A stretch of DNA of 63,814 nt, the filler included, from Limisphaerales bacterium (lineage in GTDB: Bacteria > Verrucomicrobiota > Verrucomicrobiia > Limisphaerales > SIBE01): assembly GCA_044225505.1 (NCBI GenBank). It is 3 parts of 3 records of this genome, joined end to end, with 100 filler letters (N's around TTAATTAATTAA, not from the genome) between each part and the next. Parts side by side here need not be neighbours in the genome. Positions count along the whole stretch, not along the records: positions 24,014 to 47,813 come from JBGAIN010000130.1; 2 more parts are not named here. The stretch is one strand, 5' to 3'. Shown one piece after another: positions 29,369 to 38,288 of this stretch (its first letter is position 1; each line of letters begins with the position of its first letter). A program made the position numbers and the translations under genes. Under the pieces are notes generated by a model. That model was not told the DNA's origin. It worked only from the letters and a program-made list of their open reading frames with translations, and ran no database searches.

Positions 29369-30268
29369 CTACGCCCCCCGATTTCCTTCCTCCGGAGGCG
29401 GCACGGTTACGCGACGCTCCACCAGACTGCTGGTTCGCGGTTTCCAGCGCCCCATCGCCAGTAAAAGACCGTGGAGCAGCGCGTGCGGATTGGGCGGACA
29501 GCCCGGGACATAAACGTCCACCGGGAGGATTTGATCGACTCCCCCGCAAGTGGCGTAGTTCGTTCCAAAGATTCCCCCGCTGCATCCACACGCCCCAACC
29601 GCGACAACCAACCGTGGCTCGGGCGTAGCCTCGTAGGTCTTACGCAGAGCCACTTCCATGTTGCGAGTCACTGGACCCGTCACGAGCAACAGATCGGCGT
29701 GACGCGGGGAGGCGACAAAATGAATCCCGAATCGTTCCAAATCGTAGATGGGATTGTTGAGAGCCACGATCTCCGCTTCACACCCATTGCACGATCCCGC
29801 ATCGACTTGGCGAATGTGCAAGGATCGGCGCAGCACTTTTTGAATGGCCGCTTTCACCGCGTTTCCAGTGGTCTCCAAGTCGGCACCGCCGCCGCCATGA
29901 GAAACGCTCAGCAGGGTTCCATGGGTGCCATCGGAACGAAGCTTGTAACGAGCTTCTATCAACAGCGCATTCCGCTGCTTGACGGCTAATTCACATCGAT
30001 TCGTCATGCGAATGGACGGATCCAATTCCGCACATAACCCGCAGAAAGTGCACCGGCCCAAGTCCAGGACGACGCGCCGCGTTCCCGAGTCGTCCTGAAT
30101 CACGATCGCTCCCGTGGGACACACGGCCGCTGCGGGACGCGCGTCACGCCACTGCGCGAACTCAACTTCCGGGCAACCCCGCGCGTGAGGCGACAGCTCA
30201 GCGGAAATCGCTGGATATTTCGACGTGACGATTCCAGTGGCGAAGCTTTGGCGAAGAATATCGAACAT
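29369..30268 (-). CDS. Ferredoxin-like plus NuoB/HyfI-like small subunit fusion (EhrS-like)
   Basis: CPTGA...CTFCGLC, then GSCNGCE, ASPRHAD, GACG, PGCPP. Confidence 0.88.
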   Translation of the reverse strand: MFDILRQSFATGIVTSKYPAISAELSPHARGCPEVEFAQWRDARPAAAVCPTGAIVIQDDSGTRRVVLDLGRCTFCGLCAELDPSIRMTNRCELAVKQRNALLIEARYKLRSDGTHGTLLSVSHGGGGADLETTGNAVKAAIQKVLRRSLHIRQVDAGSCNGCEAEIVALNNPIYDLERFGIHFVASPRHADLLLVTGPVTRNMEVALRKTYEATPEPRLVVAVGACGCSGGIFGTNYATCGGVDQILPVDVYVPGCPPNPHALLHGLLLAMGRWKPRTSSLVERRVTVPPPEEGNRGA

Positions 30269-30270
30269 AC

Positions 30271-31866
30271 TTAGCGATCGTTTCCGGAATAGGACAGATT
30301 GAAGCTCTTATTCACCACGGGAAAATCCGGGACGATATTGCCGAGGATAGCCTCGGACAACGCCGGCCAGTTTTGCAGCGACGGGTCTTTAACTTTGCAT
30401 CGTAGGAGTTGATCGTCCGGACCGGTATGAACCCAGTAAAAGATTTCGCCGCGCCATCCCTCCACATACCCAAGCGCCATCTGGTCAGCCGCGACCGACC
30501 GCCACGGGCTTCGCACCGGACCAGGAGGCAACTGTTCGACCAACACTCGAATAATGCGGATCGACTCGCGAAGTTCGTCGATGCGGACTTGCATGCGATG
30601 TTGCACGTCTCCGGCCGCATAAACCGGCACTCGAACTTGCACACGATCGTAGGCGGCGTGAACAAAATCGCGCCGCAGATCGCGATCGATGCCGGAAGCG
30701 CGCCCGGCGATACCGACGATGCCCAGATCCGCCGCTGTCTTCGGGTTGAGCACTCCGGTTCCTTCCAGCCGATCGCGGGTGGACGATGAGCTTTGAATGA
30801 GCCGAACAAGTGCTTCGAACTCTTCCGCCAGATCGCTCAGGGTCTCCATTAACGCCTGACACTGGTCGCTTTTCCAGTCACGTCGAACGCCCCCCAACGC
30901 CGCCATGCTTCGCAGCCAACGGTTGCCCGTGAGCTGTTCATTGAGACGCAGCATCCGTTCCTTCAAGCGGGTCGCGTGGGCGTTGGCCACAGTAAACGCC
31001 ACATCCGTGGCAATGGCGCCGATATCCCCGAGGTGATTATGGATTCGTTCCAATTCCAGACAGATGGAACGTATCACCCTCGCCCGGGGGGGTGGCTCGA
31101 CCGACCCTGCACGCTCGACCGCGTGGCAGAACGCCAGACCATGCGCAAAACTTGAGTCGCCCGAGACGCTCTCGGCCAAAAAAACTCCCTTGGTCACAGG
31201 AAGACTCTCGAACCGCTTCTCAATTCCTTTGTGGGTGTAAAAGAGGCGGAGTTGCAGGTAGAGCACCGGCTCGCCCGCGACGCTGAATAAGAAGTGCCCT
31301 GGTTCGATGATCCCGGCGTGGACAGGGCCAACGGGGACCTGAAAGACACCTTCCCCTTCCACCTTTCGGAAGTGATGCCGTTCCCCCTGAAACGGAGGAA
31401 GCTTTGTCCCCAGGTTGAAATCCTTGCGCAAGGGATGGACCTCTGGCCAGTCATCGTGCAACGCACAGCGACGCGGGTTTGGGTGCCCAATCAAACGAAG
31501 CCCGAACAGGTCCTGGACCTCTCGCTCCTGCCAGTTAACGGCAGGCACGGCATTGGCCAGGGAGGTAAACTGCGGGTGTTGGGGCGACACCATGGTGTGC
31601 AAAATAATGAAGCCATGAGCGGGGTCCAACGCGAACACGTAAAACAAACCAAAATGCTTGTCCGAAACGCGAGTGTCCTCTCCGAACAGACTGATAATGC
31701 GGCCGGACCAACGTCGATAGAGAACCGCGCACACCGCTGGGACCGCGTCCGGGTGGAGGCGAAGGTAAACTTCGTTCGGGCGAGGAGCGATGGCGCTTTG
31801 AATAGAGCTGGAGAATCGTTTGTTCAGGTCCTGCACTGCAGGCTCCAGAGCCGGGAGCAAATTCAT
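30271..31866 (-). CDS. NuoC/D-like large subunit lacking NiFe ligands (EhrL/HyfG-like)
   Basis: WQEREVQDLFG, GPVHAGIIEPGHF. The L1 site reads ESVSGDSSFAH and the C-terminus NKSFNLSYSGNDR, neither with CxxC. Confidence 0.9.
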   Translation of the reverse strand: MNLLPALEPAVQDLNKRFSSSIQSAIAPRPNEVYLRLHPDAVPAVCAVLYRRWSGRIISLFGEDTRVSDKHFGLFYVFALDPAHGFIILHTMVSPQHPQFTSLANAVPAVNWQEREVQDLFGLRLIGHPNPRRCALHDDWPEVHPLRKDFNLGTKLPPFQGERHHFRKVEGEGVFQVPVGPVHAGIIEPGHFLFSVAGEPVLYLQLRLFYTHKGIEKRFESLPVTKGVFLAESVSGDSSFAHGLAFCHAVERAGSVEPPPRARVIRSICLELERIHNHLGDIGAIATDVAFTVANAHATRLKERMLRLNEQLTGNRWLRSMAALGGVRRDWKSDQCQALMETLSDLAEEFEALVRLIQSSSSTRDRLEGTGVLNPKTAADLGIVGIAGRASGIDRDLRRDFVHAAYDRVQVRVPVYAAGDVQHRMQVRIDELRESIRIIRVLVEQLPPGPVRSPWRSVAADQMALGYVEGWRGEIFYWVHTGPDDQLLRCKVKDPSLQNWPALSEAILGNIVPDFPVVNKSFNLSYSGNDR

Positions 31867-33329
31867 TGGGCACCTCCCAGAACGGACGTCGCGTGTTGGA
31901 TCAACTGGTAGAGAGCGGGTGGCATGAACAGACTTAAAAGGGTCATTGGCACCAGCACGACGAGCATCGCCGTCAATTTCCAGCGACATTCACGGGCGAC
32001 CGTCATACCAGGCGCAGGCACGCCCAGATTCAACTTGACCATGTGCGCCAGGAAGCCCGCGAAGATCCCAACCAAACCGAATACAAACAAGGAGGCCGCT
32101 CCAAAATGGGCACCGACGACCGCGGCACTCAGAACGGTAAACTCACTCTGGAACAAACTGAAGGGCGGTGTGCCCGTCACGGCCAGCGTGGCCACCAGAA
32201 AAACAGCTCCGGTCCAGGGAAGCACTCGCACAACCCCTGTCACCTTTCGGAAATACGGGGTGTTGAAATGCTGCTGCACATTGCCCGCACAAAAGAACAT
32301 GAGCGGCTTGGCGACGGCGTGAAATACCATGTGGAGCAAGGCACCGAGCAAGCCGAGTCTCCCGCCAAAGCCCAACGCAGCCACCATGATTCCCGCGTGA
32401 TCGATACTCGAATACGCGAGAATCCGGCGGAAGTTCCGTTGGACAAGGACGAACGGAACCGCCACGAGAATGGACCCGATCCCAAATGCCATCAGCAGTC
32501 TTCCGGTGAAGGGATGACCCAAGCATTTATCGGCCAGAGCTTGGAACCGCATGATGGCGTAGATCGCGCAGTTGATGAACCCAGCTCCGAGCAGCGCGGA
32601 GACTGGCACGGGAGCCTCCGCATAGGCGTCCGGCTTCCAAGTATGCATTGGGGCGAGCCCTGCTTTCGTGCCGTAGCCCACCAGGGCGAGAATGAACGCC
32701 AAGCGGACGGCTTGCGGGTTCAGCCGGTCCGCCACACCGATCAAGACCGACCAATTCATCCCTTGCGGCGCATGGGCGCCGAGAACGCCAATGGCCGAAT
32801 AATAGATCATGATCGTCCCGAACAACGCCAGGGCGATACCCACACTTCCAATGATGATATACTTCCACCCCGCCTCAAACGAGGTCTTCTGATTGTAGAG
32901 GGTGACCAGGAGAACCGACGCCAAGGTCGTGCTTTCAATGGCCACCCACATGACCCCAAGGCTGTCCACCAGCGGAACGGCGAGCATGGCGCAGACGAAC
33001 AAAGGCGCCACCACGTAATAAAAACGAAGTTGCGTTCGGGTAATTCGCCCGTGACTTTCGTCGTCACGGAAATAGCCAACGGCGTAGATAGCTGAGGCCA
33101 GTGCCACAAAAGCCACCAGGCTCACCACGAGCGCACTCAGTGCGTCCGCACGGAGAAAGCCATTGCTAACCTCGCCTTGTTTCAGCACCTGCGCCGCCAA
33201 GGCCAATGCACCTCCGGCCACGAAGCTGACCCCGGTCAGGTTGAGAAACTCCCACGCCCCGCGCCGTCGAGTCGTCAAGCAGAGCAAACCGGTGAGAGCC
33301 GGCGCAAGCAGCAACGCGGTTAGCAGCAT
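31863..33329 (-). CDS. hyfF: HyfF-like proton-translocating membrane subunit
   Basis: WVAIESTTLAS, EAGWKY, GYGTKAGLAPMHTW.PDAY.EAP, LAYSS. Confidence 0.88.
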   Translation of the reverse strand: MLLTALLLAPALTGLLCLTTRRRGAWEFLNLTGVSFVAGGALALAAQVLKQGEVSNGFLRADALSALVVSLVAFVALASAIYAVGYFRDDESHGRITRTQLRFYYVVAPLFVCAMLAVPLVDSLGVMWVAIESTTLASVLLVTLYNQKTSFEAGWKYIIIGSVGIALALFGTIMIYYSAIGVLGAHAPQGMNWSVLIGVADRLNPQAVRLAFILALVGYGTKAGLAPMHTWKPDAYAEAPVPVSALLGAGFINCAIYAIMRFQALADKCLGHPFTGRLLMAFGIGSILVAVPFVLVQRNFRRILAYSSIDHAGIMVAALGFGGRLGLLGALLHMVFHAVAKPLMFFCAGNVQQHFNTPYFRKVTGVVRVLPWTGAVFLVATLAVTGTPPFSLFQSEFTVLSAAVVGAHFGAASLFVFGLVGIFAGFLAHMVKLNLGVPAPGMTVARECRWKLTAMLVVLVPMTLLSLFMPPALYQLIQHATSVLGGAQ

Positions 33330-33393
33330 GGCCCTCTCCTCGCTAGCGATAAGCCAGATAGCATCGCGGATCTGAAATCCTGGACGGCTCGCT

Positions 33394-34050
33394 TCATCCT
33401 CGCAACTGACTGAGTTTGGTCACATCCACCGAAGCGAACGTCTCGCGAATCCGGTAAACGAGAATCCCTAAGACCATGACGGCGACCATAACGTCGAAGA
33501 AAATGCCGAGCTCGACAACCAGCGGCATTCCGTAAGTCGTCAGGGCGACGGCGGCGAGCATAACGCCGTTTTCGATGGTGAGGAGAGCCAGCACTTGGCT
33601 AATCGCCTTGCGTCGATTCACCATGAGAAACAAGCCCGTGAGCAGAAGCGTGATCGCCACGGCCAGCGTGTTATTGGCAAGACGGTCGAGAGTCGTGAAC
33701 GGCTTGGCCACCAAATAGCCCAATAGCGTCAAAGCGCCGCAAATAATGATGGACCCGGTGGGATTCAATAGTGGGTCGATCTCCTGCGCGATATCAATCC
33801 GTTTGACCAATCGCGTCAGGAGCCAAGGCAAGAATAACGTTTTGCCCGCCAGGGTTAATCCCGCCACCCAGTAGACGTGCCAGGCATTTTGTGCAAACCC
33901 CACCGCGCCCGCAATGCCTGCCAGCATCAGCGATTGCAGTGCGAACAAACGGATATTGGTCAGTAACATCCGCTGGACGACCAGGAGGTATTGCAGGACC
34001 AGCATCGCCGCCGCCATCAGGGTAATCCATTGTGAGGCGACGGTATTCAT
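33394..34050 (-). CDS. hyfE: HyfE-like membrane subunit
   Basis: RRKAISQV..LLTIENG, PLVVELGIFFDV. Confidence 0.88.
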   Translation of the reverse strand: MNTVASQWITLMAAAMLVLQYLLVVQRMLLTNIRLFALQSLMLAGIAGAVGFAQNAWHVYWVAGLTLAGKTLFLPWLLTRLVKRIDIAQEIDPLLNPTGSIIICGALTLLGYLVAKPFTTLDRLANNTLAVAITLLLTGLFLMVNRRKAISQVLALLTIENGVMLAAVALTTYGMPLVVELGIFFDVMVAVMVLGILVYRIRETFASVDVTKLSQLRG

Positions 34051-34997
34051 TGAAAGAGGAATGTGCTCATCAACGCTAACACCGCCAAGACAAACGCCGC
34101 GCTTAGCAGATCAGGAACTCGAAACAAACGCAGTTTGGCATTGCTCGTTTCCACCAGCACGACGGCTCCGGAAAGAAAGAGTAGTTTTCCGGTAAAACAG
34201 ACCAATCCTAGCGGCGCCACGATGTCATTCACGGAGGGAGTAAACCCGAGTGGAAAGAAGATATTGGCCAATAACGCCATCAAGACCAGTTGCTTAATTG
34301 AAGCGGCCCATTCCAGAATCGCCAAATGCGGCCCGGAATACTCGAGCAGCATCGCCTCGTGAATCATGGTGAGCTCCAAGTGGGTCGCAGGATTATCCAC
34401 TGGGACGCGGCCGGTCTCGGCCAACAGCACGATGAATAAAGCGACAAAGGCCAATCCGTGAGTTGGGTTCAACCACTGCCATCCTGGGCTTTGCGCAGCC
34501 CGCACGATTCGGCTGAGGTCGGTCGAGCCCGCTTGGATCGCCATGGTCAGCATGCAGAGCATCAACGCTGGCTCAGCGATCGCCGAGAGTGTCATTTCCC
34601 GGCTACTGCCCATGCCACCGAAGGCGCTGGCCGGATCGAGTCCTGCCAAGGCGAGGAAAAATCGGCCCAGCGCCAATAGACCAATGACTGTCAGAGCGCC
34701 TCCGAGGGGGCCCAGCGGCGCATCGAGAGAGACCATTGGAACCATCAAACCGACCAGAAGGGATGAGGCAAACACGACGTAGGGAGTGACCGTGAAGAGC
34801 CACGAGGCATGCTCGGACACGACCCTGTCTTTTCCCAGGAACTTGACCAAATCGAAGTAGGGCTGCCAGAAGCGCGGGCCGCGGCGGTTCTGCAATTTGG
34901 CTTTCCAATTCCGGATGCATCCCGTGACCAGGGGCGCCAGGAGGAGCAACAGAATCGTTTGAACTAACGCCGGAACCAAGCTCTCCATTACCTTCAT
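34047..34997 (-). CDS. hyfC: HyfC/NuoH-like membrane subunit
   Basis: QNRRGP..WQPY.DL.K, FGGMGSSRE, ETGRVPVDNPATHLELTMIHEAM. Confidence 0.9.
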   Translation of the reverse strand: MKVMESLVPALVQTILLLLLAPLVTGCIRNWKAKLQNRRGPRFWQPYFDLVKFLGKDRVVSEHASWLFTVTPYVVFASSLLVGLMVPMVSLDAPLGPLGGALTVIGLLALGRFFLALAGLDPASAFGGMGSSREMTLSAIAEPALMLCMLTMAIQAGSTDLSRIVRAAQSPGWQWLNPTHGLAFVALFIVLLAETGRVPVDNPATHLELTMIHEAMLLEYSGPHLAILEWAASIKQLVLMALLANIFFPLGFTPSVNDIVAPLGLVCFTGKLLFLSGAVVLVETSNAKLRLFRVPDLLSAAFVLAVLALMSTFLFQ

Positions 34998-35100
34998 GAC
35001 CGGCCCTCCCCTGGACGATCTTGGGACATTGGGCTGCGCCGGATTGCTTCCGCCGGACCGAGCCGTCGACGTCCTTTGAGCCGAGAAGTTTGAGAAAGCT

Positions 35101-37149
35101 TCATAGTCCGACCAGAAGCAATGCGATAAGGGTCAGAAAAATGTAGAGCAGATACGCCTGAACACTCCCAGCTTGGAGAGCGCGCATCCGACGTGACATG
35201 CGCAACAGCGCTCGCTGCAACGGACGATAGACCCGCCTTTCAAACACTTCTTCGACATGACTCTCAAATCGAATCGATTTCGCGAAGTACGGGGAATAGT
35301 CGTAATCGCGCTGCACTTCCCGGTGCGGCCGGAACAATGCCTTAAAGATCATCCGGATCGGCTTCGAGAACCCTGTGGCGGTGTATTGCATTTGCGGGGT
35401 TAATCCTCGCAATCCACAATCCCAAGTCGGACCGACGCGGACCCTGGTATTACGGCCGAAGACCGCTCTCAGGAGAAACGGAAGAATCAGCAACGGAAGC
35501 GCAGCCAAGGCAATTCCAGCGGTTGAGACAGTGCCCCCGTGATCGGCGAGAGTGCCGATTGCCCAACCGCCCGTCCGGATCAACTGTTGACTCACCCGGG
35601 CCCCGGTCAATTGGTCCGCAACCGGATCGATCGCCTGCAACATCAGGGACGGCATCAACCCCAACACCAGGCACGACGCAGCTAAGATCGCCTGTGCCAA
35701 CTGCATGGAAGGGACTACTTCCTGGGCGTGCGCGGCCGGCGCGCTTCGAGGCTGCCCTAAAAACGTGATTCCAAACGCTTTGACAAAACAAGCAGCCGCC
35801 AGCGCGCCAGTCAAAGCCAACATTGCGCCGCTTAAAGGGAAAAGCAGCCTGAGCAAGCTTGGGGTACTGCCAAACCCAAGCAACAACGCCTGATAGGTCA
35901 GCCATTCGCTGACGAACCCATTTAACGGGGGCAACGCCGAGATCGCCACAGCGCCAATCAGAAAGCATCCCGCCGTTCTCGGCATCCGTTTAATCAGCCC
36001 GCCCAATTCCTCCATGTTGCGCGACCGGGCGGTTTGCAACACTGCCCCCGCACCTAGGAACAGCAACGCTTTGAAGAGCGCGTGATTCAAAGTGTGGTAT
36101 AACGCCGCTAACAATGCCAACGCGGCCAGGGTTGGCCGGTGCACCTGCAGAAACAACACGCTTGCCCCAAGTCCGACGAGAATGATGCCAATGTTCTCGA
36201 TGCTATGGTAAGCAAGTAGTCGTTTCAGATCGTGCTCCATCAGGGCGTAAAGCACACCGAGCACCGCGGATAAAGCGCCAACGGTAAGAATGGTGACGCC
36301 CCACCAGACGCTCGGGTTCCCCAAAAAGTCGAACAACACTCGTGTCAGTCCGTAGATGCCCGTCTTAATCAACACTCCAGACATCAAGGCGGAAACGTTG
36401 CTGGGAGCTACCGGATGAGCCGCGGGCAACCAAATATGCAAAGGCACAATGCCCGCCTTGATTCCAAACCCAACCAGAAATAACAAGAACAACAGATTGC
36501 GATCCGAGCTTGGTAATTTGTCCCCCAAAGCATGAAAACCCGCGAAGGTGTACCCCCCGCTCGCCTGAAACATAAGGAGGAACCCCAAAATCAAGCACCC
36601 GGTTCCGATGTGCGACATGATGAAAAAGAGAACGCCAGCCGCCCGGACCTCGCGCTCCTCATGTTCAAAACTGACGAGCGCATAGGCGGCCAGGGCCATC
36701 ACTTCCCAAGCCAGAAGAAAGAAGAATGCATTGTCCGCCAGGAAGACAAGCGTTGTCGACAGGAGCAATACGTTAAACAGGGCACTGAATAATCCAACCG
36801 CTTTGCGCCCATAGAATGTGCGCACGTAACCGACGGAATAGAGAGAAAGGGAAACGCCCACCAGACTCACAATCAGGCAGAAGAAGGCGCTGAGGGCATC
36901 CAACCGGACACTCAAGGTCAGGTAAGGCAGCCAAGACTGAACTAATTCCGCGGATGGGCCGGCCGTTCCACCGGTCGTGCTCAGCGCTGCAACTGCTGCC
37001 GACAGGGTCAGCACGCAAGCCGCCGCGGCCAGGCCGAAACCTGCCAGCGTCGCTAGCCGATCTCGCTTCCTCAGCACCAAGGCGGACACTGCGCCCGTTA
37101 GGTAGACTATCAGCGCTGCTTGAAGTAGAGCGAAGGCAGCAGCATTCAT
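35101..37149 (-). CDS. hyfB: HyfB-like proton-translocating membrane subunit
   Basis: FLLAWEVM, PLHIWLPAAHPVAPSNVSALMSG, LLAYHSIENIG, LPPLNGFVSEW, TWDCG, MQYTATGF. Confidence 0.9.
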   Translation of the reverse strand: MNAAAFALLQAALIVYLTGAVSALVLRKRDRLATLAGFGLAAAACVLTLSAAVAALSTTGGTAGPSAELVQSWLPYLTLSVRLDALSAFFCLIVSLVGVSLSLYSVGYVRTFYGRKAVGLFSALFNVLLLSTTLVFLADNAFFFLLAWEVMALAAYALVSFEHEEREVRAAGVLFFIMSHIGTGCLILGFLLMFQASGGYTFAGFHALGDKLPSSDRNLLFLLFLVGFGIKAGIVPLHIWLPAAHPVAPSNVSALMSGVLIKTGIYGLTRVLFDFLGNPSVWWGVTILTVGALSAVLGVLYALMEHDLKRLLAYHSIENIGIILVGLGASVLFLQVHRPTLAALALLAALYHTLNHALFKALLFLGAGAVLQTARSRNMEELGGLIKRMPRTAGCFLIGAVAISALPPLNGFVSEWLTYQALLLGFGSTPSLLRLLFPLSGAMLALTGALAAACFVKAFGITFLGQPRSAPAAHAQEVVPSMQLAQAILAASCLVLGLMPSLMLQAIDPVADQLTGARVSQQLIRTGGWAIGTLADHGGTVSTAGIALAALPLLILPFLLRAVFGRNTRVRVGPTWDCGLRGLTPQMQYTATGFSKPIRMIFKALFRPHREVQRDYDYSPYFAKSIRFESHVEEVFERRVYRPLQRALLRMSRRMRALQAGSVQAYLLYIFLTLIALLLVGL

Positions 37150-37231
37150 GAACGACTTCAGGCACTCCAAAACGGCCGAGTTGTCACCAAACGAGTTGCC
37201 ACCAATCGCTCAATGGTCATGCCCGATCGCT

Positions 37232-37729
37232 TCATGGGTTTCCCACGCGGATCCGTTGAAATAGCTCGAGAATCCCCTCCACGGAGCCTTCTTGGCGAAG
37301 CTCGTCGAGCAACGCCGGCTCATGGCCTAAACGGGCCAGAGAGGAAAGCAGCTGCAAAAAACCGGCCGCATCTGTGGCGGGCACCGCGAGAAGGAAAATG
37401 AAATGGACCGGGCGCGACGGATAGGCTCCCCATCGCAGAGGTTCTGGGCTCAGACCGAAGGCAAACCGTGAATTGGCGATCCCTTTCAGGCGCGCGTGCG
37501 GAAGGGCGATTCCGCATTCCGTTGCAGAGTTGACCAGGAACTCATGGTTCATGGCCGCGTGGTAGAAAGCCAGCACATCTGGAACACCATCGCCCAGGTG
37601 CAGGAGCTGGCTCAGCTCATGAACCACTCCAGCGGTATCTTTTTCCCTGACACGCGGGATAATCCACTCGGATCGGGTAAACTCAGCGAGTGACTCACCG
37701 GGAATCGTCGTTGTCGGATTAGGCGACAT
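37232..37729 (-). CDS. PTS IIA (PtsN/fructose-type) domain protein
   Basis: E...SAT..GIALPHAR with the phospho-His retained; PVHFIFLLAVP. Confidence 0.85.
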   Translation of the reverse strand: MSPNPTTTIPGESLAEFTRSEWIIPRVREKDTAGVVHELSQLLHLGDGVPDVLAFYHAAMNHEFLVNSATECGIALPHARLKGIANSRFAFGLSPEPLRWGAYPSRPVHFIFLLAVPATDAAGFLQLLSSLARLGHEPALLDELRQEGSVEGILELFQRIRVGNP

Positions 37730-38090
37730 GGGTCAAGTTCTTGCGTGGACGGCCACGTTTCCCCGGCTTAACTGTGCGCGGTGGCAATTCCAAGACCGCC
37801 GGCTCGTCTTGCCAGTAAAGGTAAGCGCCGCAATTCTCGCATCGATACAGATTGTCTTGTCGACGAAGCAAGGCCAGCAGCCCAACCGCTACCTGCATAT
37901 GGCATTGACCACATACCCCGCGCCGCACAAAGGTCACTGCCTTCTTCCCGCGCTGCCAAAGTCGGTCGCTATGTTCGAGGACAGGCCCAGGAAGTTTCTT
38001 TCTGAGTTCGTCGGTGCCAGCAGCAGACGCCTCTGGATTTTGCACCGTCGAATTCTGAAGGAGAAGTAGGGTGTCGAGGAATTGCTTCAT
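37719..38090 (-). CDS. Short C4 Zn-ribbon protein (DUF164/FlgZ-type ribbon without the long coiled coil)
   Basis: AV..VRRGVCGQCHM...CENCGAYLY. Confidence 0.75.
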   Translation of the reverse strand: MKQFLDTLLLLQNSTVQNPEASAAGTDELRKKLPGPVLEHSDRLWQRGKKAVTFVRRGVCGQCHMQVAVGLLALLRRQDNLYRCENCGAYLYWQDEPAVLELPPRTVKPGKRGRPRKNLTHVA

Positions 38091-38105
38091 ACGCACACGA
38101 TTGTG

Positions 38106-38121
38106 GGCACAAGTCGTGCCG
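38106..38121 (-). promoter_or_regulatory. sigma54-type -24/-12 motif upstream of the Ehr operon
   Basis: CGGCACGACTTGTGCC fits GG-N10-GC, about 15 bp upstream of ATG 38090. The site is also a palindrome. Confidence 0.5.
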
Positions 38122-38288
38122 AACTTTCGCGTGCTCTGGCAATAATCTCTCTTGGAATGGATTACATCTAAAACGACGAAACCAAAGCGTTCGCTTTGGC
38201 AAAGCGAAGGATCCATTAGTGCAGACTTTGCACCAATCCGCCACGACGCGTGCACAGTCAGCGTCGGCGTTTATGCCACCGTTCTGAA

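Noticed and set aside
29369..37149. Group 4 [NiFe]-hydrogenase / formate hydrogenlyase call
   Set aside because: The large subunit lacks all four Ni-ligating cysteines, and no maturation or fdh genes are nearby.
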